The notes beneath the pieces are model-generated. The model saw only the letters and a program-made list of their open reading frames with translations, searched no databases and was not told where the DNA came from. From Candidatus Saccharimonadota bacterium (GTDB lineage Bacteria > Patescibacteriota > Saccharimonadia > Saccharimonadales > UBA4665): a stretch of DNA of 32,000 nt. The stretch is taken from contig OY970322.1 in assembly GCA_963716945.1 (NCBI GenBank), positions 1,067,441-1,099,440 of the forward strand, given 5' to 3'. Position 1 is the first letter of the stretch; every line of letters begins with the position of its first letter. The position numbers were made by a program, and so were the translations under genes. Shown piece by piece: positions 8,126 through 14,799 of this stretch.

Positions 8126-8177
8126 GTATATTGTATGCTTAGCATACCATAAGCTCTTTAGCTGAGGTGTGAGGTTT

Positions 8178-9713
8178 TTAGGTCTCTTTAACTGGGGCGG
8201 GGGAAGATATCTGGGCAGCCTTTTTAGAGTCTGTGGCGGCAGGTACGGCGTGTTTGGCCTTGCTGAAGATGAAGCCGAACGTGCTGCCCTTGCCTTCTTT
8301 GCTCTCGAAAATAAGGGAACCGCCTTGGGCGATGATGACCTTCTTAGCCATGAAGAGGCCCAGGCCGGTGCCGTCGGGTCGGGCTTTACGGGCGTTGGCC
8401 GCCCTGTAAAACTTCGTGAACAGATGGGGGCGCTCGCTGGCCGGCACGCCGATGCCGTTGTCCTCGACCCGGAACTCGACCGTGGTCGGGTTATTGATCA
8501 GGTGGACCGTGATGGTGCCGTCCTTGGGCGTATAGTGCAGCGCATTGTCGAGAAAGTTCATGATGACCTGGCGGGTTTTAACATCGTCAAGTGTCAGATC
8601 CGGGAAGTTCTTGGGCGGTTCGTAAATCAGCTTTTGGGAGTGGACCTTGGCGATCTCCTTGAGTTGCTCGATTTCTTCGCTGACCATCTGGGCCAGATTG
8701 ACCGTCGTGGTGTCGATGACGAATTTGCCGGTCCTTAGACGGGAGACGTTTAACAGATCGGCAATCAAATAGACCATTCGTTGGGAGCTGAAGAAGGCCT
8801 GGTTCAGCATCTGGCTTTGCATAGGGGTTATCTTGCCCGCATCACCTTCTTTGATCATGCTGATGTACCCCTTGACACTGGTCAGCGGCGTGCGCAGCTG
8901 GTGGCTGGCCATGCTGATGAAGTCGTCCTTGGCTTCGTCGAGCGCCAACAGCTTGGCGTTCGATTCCTTAATCTGGCGCAGGACCCGCTGGTTTTCTTCG
9001 AACAGCAGCTTGTTATCAAGGGCCACGCCGATACTTTCGCTGAGGCGGTCCAGCAGTGCGGTATCGGTCTGGCTGAGTTGTTGGACCGGTGACAAATAAC
9101 CTACGACCAGCAAACCGACTATCTGGCGGCGGGCCAGAAGCTTCACCACGTACAGGGACCTGAGGTCAACGTGGCGTTTGGCCCGTTTGATATCCCCCGC
9201 AGGGCAGTTCAAGAAATCGGCTATAACTTCGTCGGACAGGCCGTCGAGAGAGATGAGGCGGCTATCCTCGATGTCGCTAAACCAAGGGTGGCTAAGTTTG
9301 ACGTAAACCGGCTTGCTAAACCCCAATGACAGCGATGACTTGTCGTTGCCCTGGCGGCCGGCGGCGCTCCAGCCGTTAAGCAGCAGCTCCTGCTTGCTAT
9401 GGGCCGAACGGGTCAGCAAGCTGACGAACGGATAATCGGTTACCTGGACGATAGCCTCGGTTATGTGCTCGCTGACCGTCTTGAGCGTAGCGTGTGATTC
9501 CAGCACCAGCGCATCAATCGTCCTCAGCAGCGACAGGGTCTTGTTGGTCTCGGCCAACTCCTTGTTGCGCTTGTACATTTCGCCGGTGATGTGCTCGATG
9601 TCACGCTCCAGCTGGCGGTGCTTCTGGAAAGGCAAGGCCGCGCGCCGGCCTACGGCCGATCGGCTGTCAGCCGGTCTATCTGTCGGCGCCTCCACCTTGA
9701 CGTCTTCTGGCAT
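8178..9713 (-). CDS. Cytoplasmic sensor histidine kinase (coiled coil - GAF-like - HisKA - HATPase_c), no TM helices
   Basis: 511 aa. H-box FISMASHQLRTPLTSVKGY, N-box MNFLDNALHYTP, G1 VEDNGIGV, G2 GTGLGLFMAKK. There is no hydrophobic stretch of 18 aa or more. Confidence 0.93.
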   Translation of the reverse strand: MPEDVKVEAPTDRPADSRSAVGRRAALPFQKHRQLERDIEHITGEMYKRNKELAETNKTLSLLRTIDALVLESHATLKTVSEHITEAIVQVTDYPFVSLLTRSAHSKQELLLNGWSAAGRQGNDKSSLSLGFSKPVYVKLSHPWFSDIEDSRLISLDGLSDEVIADFLNCPAGDIKRAKRHVDLRSLYVVKLLARRQIVGLLVVGYLSPVQQLSQTDTALLDRLSESIGVALDNKLLFEENQRVLRQIKESNAKLLALDEAKDDFISMASHQLRTPLTSVKGYISMIKEGDAGKITPMQSQMLNQAFFSSQRMVYLIADLLNVSRLRTGKFVIDTTTVNLAQMVSEEIEQLKEIAKVHSQKLIYEPPKNFPDLTLDDVKTRQVIMNFLDNALHYTPKDGTITVHLINNPTTVEFRVEDNGIGVPASERPHLFTKFYRAANARKARPDGTGLGLFMAKKVIIAQGGSLIFESKEGKGSTFGFIFSKAKHAVPAATDSKKAAQISSPAPVKET

Positions 9714-9732
9714 ACCAACCTACTTCTGGGGA

Positions 9733-10011
9733 TTACTTTAGTGCCTTGGGTAATTGCCCGGCCGGTACCTGGCTGACTAGCGGGGCGGCCGCTTCCTTGG
9801 AAACCTCGACCGAAATTTGTCCGAACAACTCCTTATAAACTTCGACCAGCGCGTCAATCACGCCTGATTCGTCACCGTCAATATCAATCTTTTGGTTATC
9901 CCAGTCTACCTTGAGGTGCGGTACGCGCTGCGCCTGTTCGATAGCTACCGGTCCGATAATGGCCTCTTGGCTCTTGATTATCTTGGCCACGATCTGTTCG
10001 AAGACATCCAT
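9733..10011 (-). CDS. Small soluble hypothetical protein (92 aa) between the membrane protein and the kinase
   Basis: I take the start at MDVFEQ (ATG 10011) rather than the ORF-track 10032. A GGGGAGG Shine-Dalgarno lies 6 nt upstream, and the upstream gene's TGA ends 1 nt before this ATG (TGAtATG). No recognisable domain. Confidence 0.8.
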   Translation of the reverse strand: MDVFEQIVAKIIKSQEAIIGPVAIEQAQRVPHLKVDWDNQKIDIDGDESGVIDALVEVYKELFGQISVEVSKEAAAPLVSQVPAGQLPKALK

Positions 10012-10012
10012 A

Positions 10013-10882
10013 TCAGGCCTCCCCGCTTTCATTGGCCGGGGCCGCCGGTTTGGGCTCCGGAGCAGGAGTTTTAACGCCGCTCTTAAGGCCTTTGTAGATA
10101 GCGTGGAACTGGATCATGGCCGTAGTCGCCACGAAGTAAGCGATCAGGTATAACAGGTCGTCTATTTGGCCCGCCAGATAAGTGCCGCGGTTACTCTGGT
10201 ACAAGAAGGTAAAATCGGCGACGTACTGCAGCACCAGGGCGCAAATCAGTACCAGGATGCCCTTTCTCATGATACCGCCCAGCATCTTCCGCGATAACAG
10301 GTAAGCGACGATGGCCAGTGAAATGTAGCTGGCATCACCTAACGGGTAGCCCAGGTCAAGCAGAACCGTCAACGGCCTATGCCAGTCGTATTGGTGGTGG
10401 TACAGCAAAATCCAGTAGGACACGCTGAGGAGCACGACCGGTACCAGGATGGCGATAACCTTGTACTTGTTGTTGCGGAAAGCGAATTTGACACCGACCG
10501 CCCTGGTCAGGAAGAAAGCCCCTGTCAGATATGACAAAGTACTGCCGAAGTAAGCCACATCGCCCCATGAGGGGTAAGGAATCTGTATCTTGGAAACGTA
10601 GATGTAATAGGTCAGGATCAGCTGGCCGGCCTCTTGCGCCAGCAAGCTGAGCGATAGGAATAGCAGCGCCTTGCCCAGGACCGTTTTGCGGCCGCCCCAC
10701 TTGCCGGCGGTGACGAAACCGATAATGGAGCCGATGAGAGCCAGGACGCCGTAAGTGCCGCCGAACCACTGGACGGCCAGGCCCTGTTTGACGACCACGT
10801 GCTGGAAAGTTATCCACCAGATTACGAAGCCCAGGAAAGCTATTGTTACGAGTAGTTGAAGTTTGTTTTTTAATAAGTTCAT
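10013..10882 (-). CDS. Integral membrane protein, about 8 TM helices, unknown family
   Basis: Eight hydrophobic segments read by eye. The ORF-track start at 10906 is a TTG. I prefer ATG 10882 (MNLLKNKLQ...), which has an AAGGGG Shine-Dalgarno 6 nt upstream and a consensus promoter just beyond it. Confidence 0.85.
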   Translation of the reverse strand: MNLLKNKLQLLVTIAFLGFVIWWITFQHVVVKQGLAVQWFGGTYGVLALIGSIIGFVTAGKWGGRKTVLGKALLFLSLSLLAQEAGQLILTYYIYVSKIQIPYPSWGDVAYFGSTLSYLTGAFFLTRAVGVKFAFRNNKYKVIAILVPVVLLSVSYWILLYHHQYDWHRPLTVLLDLGYPLGDASYISLAIVAYLLSRKMLGGIMRKGILVLICALVLQYVADFTFLYQSNRGTYLAGQIDDLLYLIAYFVATTAMIQFHAIYKGLKSGVKTPAPEPKPAAPANESGEA

Positions 10883-10892
10883 TCTGCCCCTT

Positions 10893-10920
10893 ATTATCCT
10901 AGACAAGATTGGTATGTCAA
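10893..10920 (-). promoter_or_regulatory. Near-consensus promoter for the membrane protein / small protein / kinase operon
   Basis: The minus strand reads TTGACA, then 16 nt, then GATAAT. The -10 box ends 11 nt before ATG 10882. Confidence 0.6.
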
Positions 10921-10985
10921 GCTATAAGCGCTAGGACTTTGCTTACTTGTTCGGGCCGGGGAATTTATCTTATACTGGCCTTAAG

Positions 10986-11912
10986 ATGCTGCCAGACTTC
11001 CCCGATTTCGCGCCGTTGGCCCTGGAAGACAAAGACGAGTATAACCGGTTGGTCCAAGATTACCTGCCGTTTTCGAATATTTCGTTCGCGTCGTTGCATA
11101 TCTGGTGGAACCTCGAAGGCAAGCTGGCGATGTCGTCGCTCAACGGCAACTTGGTCATTTACTACCATATCTCCTACGACCCCAAGAATACCGGCTACAG
11201 CCTGATTGGCCGCCACGATCCCGACAGTTCCATCGACGCCTTATTCGACTACCTGCGCGGCAAGCAGGAACCGGTCAGGCTGGTCCACGTGCCCGATTTC
11301 GTCATCGAGAAAATCGAACATAAGGATAGGTACGTCATCGAAGAGGAGCCGGACTATAATGAATACATCCTCGATAGCCGGGCGTTGGCCAGCCTGGAGG
11401 GCAGCAACCACAGCCGTACCCGGCGCAAGGTCAAACGCTTCCTGCGGGAAGTCGAGGATAGCCGGCTGGAAATTAAAGCGTTGGATTTGTCATCCGAAGA
11501 CGCCAAGCAACGGTTGTTCGAAGCTATAACCGCGTGGGAGGAGTCCCAGCCATCGCGTAACGACCCCGGCCACACCGAACACCAGGCGCTGCGCAAAACC
11601 TTGGCCCACGCCGAAGCCCTGGACATCCGGCATCTCGGCCTTTATATAGACGGCAAACTGTCGGCGGTTATCCTCTACCACAGTTCGCCGGACAAGCAGT
11701 ACTACATCTTAAACCACCTCAAAGTCGACTACAGCATCCCTTATATCTTCGATTACATGACCCACCATATAGCCGACCGGGCCGTGCGCGACAACGTTAA
11801 ATTCCTCAACATGGAAATGGACCTGGGCATTGAGAACCTGCGGCAGCACAAACTGGGCTTGAGGCCGGTAGAGTTCTTCCGGCAATACAGCGTGCGGCCG
11901 ACCGGCGGCTAG
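10986..11912 (+). CDS. Stand-alone DUF2156 / lysyl-phosphatidylglycerol-synthase-C-like (aminoacyl-tRNA-dependent transferase fold) protein
   Basis: 308 aa from ATG 10986; the track start 10947 is a TTG inside the putative -35 box. The family-typical layout is present: ...SFASLHIWW..., EEEPDYNEYILDSRALASLEGSNHSRTRRKVKRF, then a C-terminal GNAT-like half. No membrane domain. Confidence 0.78.
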   Translation: MLPDFPDFAPLALEDKDEYNRLVQDYLPFSNISFASLHIWWNLEGKLAMSSLNGNLVIYYHISYDPKNTGYSLIGRHDPDSSIDALFDYLRGKQEPVRLVHVPDFVIEKIEHKDRYVIEEEPDYNEYILDSRALASLEGSNHSRTRRKVKRFLREVEDSRLEIKALDLSSEDAKQRLFEAITAWEESQPSRNDPGHTEHQALRKTLAHAEALDIRHLGLYIDGKLSAVILYHSSPDKQYYILNHLKVDYSIPYIFDYMTHHIADRAVRDNVKFLNMEMDLGIENLRQHKLGLRPVEFFRQYSVRPTGG

Positions 11913-11916
11913 GACA

Positions 11917-12774
11917 CTATTCGGCCGGCGACAAAGACAGGTTATCCAGACCGGCGCCCATGGTATAGCGGACCCTGAGCTTAACGTTGCCTTCGCAAAC
12001 TTCGGCCAACGGCAGGATCTTATCGCCATTGAGGCTATTGGTCGGGCCGAGGGCCAGGTCAGCCGTCAGGTGGACGGTGCCGGATAGCCTGAGCGCGGTG
12101 GCGGTCTGGCCTGCCGGGACACTGAATGCCAGGACCTTATCGATGCCGGGTTCGACGCGGCCGGCTTGGAAATCGAAGTAACCGACCTTTTGGGGCTCGG
12201 ACAGGTCCGCGACCTCTAATTGCTCCCAGCTGTCCGGGTCTTCCGAATAATAAGGCCAGTCATGTTTGGGCGCAGCTATGTGGTAGCCGTAGAAGTTGCT
12301 CTCGGTGTGGACCAGCTGCAAGAAAGTCTCGTAAGCCTGGGGTATGAGCTTGGTTTTGCCGCCGATGACGCCGCGTTCATGCAGGCCGTTCATAACGGCT
12401 ACCTGCATTTCGTCAAGCAGGCCGGTATCTATCAGCTCGCCGATGACGACATCGACGTTTTCCGGCAGAGCGGCGGCCATGGCGTCGGCCTCCACCACTT
12501 CTATCTTGTCTTCAAGCTGGTTAATACGGACCGTTTGGCGCAAGCTGGCGGCCAGGACGGGGTCGATCTCCACGGCATATACGCGGGCCGCGCCGGCACC
12601 GGCCGCGAACAGGGACAAAATACCGCTGCCGGCTCCGACTTCGACCACTACGTCGCCGGGCTTGACGGTCGCCTCGATAGCTTCCTTAAAAGCCAGCGTC
12701 CGTTTCCTGTCGATTAGGCAAATATAGGGGTAGTCGGTGTTTGACCAAATAATCGCGGGGGCGGTGTCTGGCAT
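11917..12774 (-). CDS. Class I SAM-dependent methyltransferase with protein arginine methyltransferase (PRMT)-like architecture
   Basis: 285 aa. LIDRKRTLAFKEAI resembles the PRMT pre-motif. Motif I is VVEVGAGSGILSLFAAGAGAARVYAVE. The acidic loop is VDVVIGELIDTGLLDEMQ. A roughly 130-aa beta-rich C-terminal domain follows. TATAAT promoter at 12810-12815 (minus) and AAAGGAA Shine-Dalgarno. Confidence 0.8.
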   Translation of the reverse strand: MPDTAPAIIWSNTDYPYICLIDRKRTLAFKEAIEATVKPGDVVVEVGAGSGILSLFAAGAGAARVYAVEIDPVLAASLRQTVRINQLEDKIEVVEADAMAAALPENVDVVIGELIDTGLLDEMQVAVMNGLHERGVIGGKTKLIPQAYETFLQLVHTESNFYGYHIAAPKHDWPYYSEDPDSWEQLEVADLSEPQKVGYFDFQAGRVEPGIDKVLAFSVPAGQTATALRLSGTVHLTADLALGPTNSLNGDKILPLAEVCEGNVKLRVRYTMGAGLDNLSLSPAE

Positions 12775-12824
12775 TGGTTTATTCCTTTTGTTTTATTCGT
12801 CTGACGCTCATTATACTAGAATCC

Positions 12825-13727
12825 CTAGACTTTGGCGGCCGTGCCGATGACCGCCAGGCCCGCTATGATGACCGCCATGAGGGCGAATTTGCGCAGCGGC
12901 CGGCCGGCTTCGGCTTCCCGGAAATACTTCGGCGAAACCGGGTAAAGCACCAGCGCGATCAGCAGCACCAGCATCGGCTGGATGGCCTCTATGACTTTTA
13001 CCAGCGAAACCGGACCGCGGCTGATTGCCAGGTTCAGCGTAAACTCGGCGGCCAGGCCGGTTAACTCCGCGAACATGAAAATCGGCAGCAGCTTCTTGAT
13101 TGTCTTGGAGATTTCACGGATACCGCGCCGGTTCTCGTTGAACCTCAAGAGGAAGAAGCCGATGCCGCCCAGTCCCATGCCGGCCGAAAAATAGAGGTAG
13201 GCCGAATAGAAATCAACCTTCTGGTAGACATATTTGGTCATGAGCGAGACCGCGTCCATGAAGGCCGCGGCGGCAACCATATATATGAGAGCCTTCGAGA
13301 ATTTCAACTGTTTGAGGTCCGTAACCGCCAGTCCCAGGGAAGCCAACAGTACGATTATGAAGCCCGTTATTTCCATGGCCGCCAGGTGCTCATGGACGAT
13401 GAAATGGGCCAGGAACGGGATCGTAGCCGGCGCCAAGCCGAACAGGGCAACTACGGTCGACGGCGAATCCGATTGCAAACCTTTGAAATATAAGAAGTAA
13501 TAGGCCAGGGTCAGGCCGCCCGCCAGTACCGATATAACGGCCAGTGAAACCGGTATGGCGCGGGCGTGAACGAATAGGCGGGACAGCAGCGGCAACGCCC
13601 CGTAAAACCCGGCCGAGACCGAGGCCAGGTACGGGCTTTTGTAAACGAATTGCAATAGGTTGTCATCGAGCAGGTTAACGACGGCGTATAGGAGGGGCGC
13701 CAGCAGCGCGAGGTAAAACCAGCTCAT
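12825..13727 (-). CDS. EamA/DMT-superfamily permease (10 TM)
   Basis: 300 aa, uniformly hydrophobic, with two roughly 140-aa halves typical of EamA duplication. Confidence 0.85.
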   Translation of the reverse strand: MSWFYLALLAPLLYAVVNLLDDNLLQFVYKSPYLASVSAGFYGALPLLSRLFVHARAIPVSLAVISVLAGGLTLAYYFLYFKGLQSDSPSTVVALFGLAPATIPFLAHFIVHEHLAAMEITGFIIVLLASLGLAVTDLKQLKFSKALIYMVAAAAFMDAVSLMTKYVYQKVDFYSAYLYFSAGMGLGGIGFFLLRFNENRRGIREISKTIKKLLPIFMFAELTGLAAEFTLNLAISRGPVSLVKVIEAIQPMLVLLIALVLYPVSPKYFREAEAGRPLRKFALMAVIIAGLAVIGTAAKV

Positions 13728-13808
13728 TACTTCAAATCATACGTCAAAGGTATTGGAAAATAAATCTTTATGCTAAAGTAGGTCGTAGTTAAGGAAAAAA
13801 TAAAAAGC

Positions 13809-14342
13809 ATGAATATCCAAATATCGGCTGGCATCGGCATAGGCCCGACTGAGCTTTCGGCCTTTGACCAGGCCTTGGTTCACGCCGGAGTTGCTAATTA
13901 TAACTTGATCTATCTAAGCTCGGTTTTACCGCCCAACAGCAACGTTCAGGTGGCCGAAGAGCCTAAGCGACCTGAAGGTAAATGGGGCGACCGCCTCTAT
14001 CTTGTCATGGCCCAAAAACGTATATCCCAGCGCAACCAGGAGGCTTGGGCGGGCATCGGTTGGATGCAGGACCCGAAAACCGGCCAGGGGATGCTGGTCG
14101 AGCATGAAGGCCACAGCGAAACGGAGGTCAGAGCCGATATCGAAAACACTTTGACAGCCCTGGCCCGCAACCGGAACATGGAGTTTGGGCCACACCACAT
14201 GCATGTTGTCGGTACCCGGTGTATAGACCTGCCGACCTGTGCTTTGGTGGTGGCCGTATTTGAGTCCTCAAGCTGGCGCCTGGCCCGGCCCGGCAACACT
14301 AAACTGGCCGGCCTGAAGCTTTCCCGCCCGGCCCGGCCCTAA
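13809..14342 (+). CDS. pdaD: Pyruvoyl-dependent arginine decarboxylase
   Basis: 177 aa. GPTELSAFDQALVHAGVANYNLIYLSSVLPP contains the Ser-Ser self-cleavage site (S37/S38). Further family motifs are GWMQD...G.LVEHEGHSE and ALVVAVFE. Confidence 0.88.
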   Translation: MNIQISAGIGIGPTELSAFDQALVHAGVANYNLIYLSSVLPPNSNVQVAEEPKRPEGKWGDRLYLVMAQKRISQRNQEAWAGIGWMQDPKTGQGMLVEHEGHSETEVRADIENTLTALARNRNMEFGPHHMHVVGTRCIDLPTCALVVAVFESSSWRLARPGNTKLAGLKLSRPARP

Positions 14343-14370
14343 GCCTTCATAAACGGCACTTGATAAAGCG

Positions 14371-14376
14371 TATAAT
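14371..14376 (+). promoter_or_regulatory. Perfect TATAAT -10 box placed for a leaderless response-regulator mRNA
   Basis: TATAAT ends exactly 7 nt before the A of ATG 14383. There is no Shine-Dalgarno in between. Confidence 0.5.
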
Positions 14377-14382
14377 GTAACC

Positions 14383-14760
14383 ATGGCCGCTATGACTAAA
14401 ATCGCGATTATTGAAGATGACCAGGCAATCAGCCAGATGTACCGCTTCAAGTTCGAAGCCGAGGGCTACGAGGTAGAAACGGCCGAGAACGGCAAGCTCG
14501 GCCTGGAATTGGTCCAAAGTATGAAACCGGACATTATCCTGCTCGACCTGATGATGCCCGAAATGACCGGCGACGAGATGCTTGAACACCTGCGGACGAC
14601 ACCTTGGGGCAAAAAAGTCAAAGTTATCATCCTAACGAACATGGGCGAACAGGAAATCCCGGGCAAGGTCAAAGAACTGGGCGTCAGCGGCGTTATCATG
14701 AAGGCCGATATGACCCCCCGCCAAGTGGCCGACGTAGTTAAGAAGAATCTGGCCGGCTAA
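14383..14760 (+). CDS. Stand-alone response-regulator receiver domain (CheY-like)
   Basis: 125 aa. IAIIEDD acidic pocket, phospho-acceptor context IILLDLMMPEMTG, and the motifs ILTN and IMKAD. No output domain. Confidence 0.93.
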   Translation: MAAMTKIAIIEDDQAISQMYRFKFEAEGYEVETAENGKLGLELVQSMKPDIILLDLMMPEMTGDEMLEHLRTTPWGKKVKVIILTNMGEQEIPGKVKELGVSGVIMKADMTPRQVADVVKKNLAG

Positions 14761-14784
14761 GCGGAACCGGCCGGCAGCGGGTCA

Positions 14785-14793
14785 TGTCATAAT
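14785..14793 (+). promoter_or_regulatory. Extended -10 box (TGtCATAAT) placed for a leaderless murD mRNA
   Basis: The box ends exactly 7 nt before ATG 14800. Confidence 0.5.
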
Positions 14794-14799
14794 GGTAGG

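Noticed and set aside
10377-10817. 146-aa alternative-frame ORF inside the 8-TM membrane gene
   Set aside because: It is on the same strand but out of frame, and its product is Arg/Pro/Gly-rich. The annotated frame gives regular TM helices.
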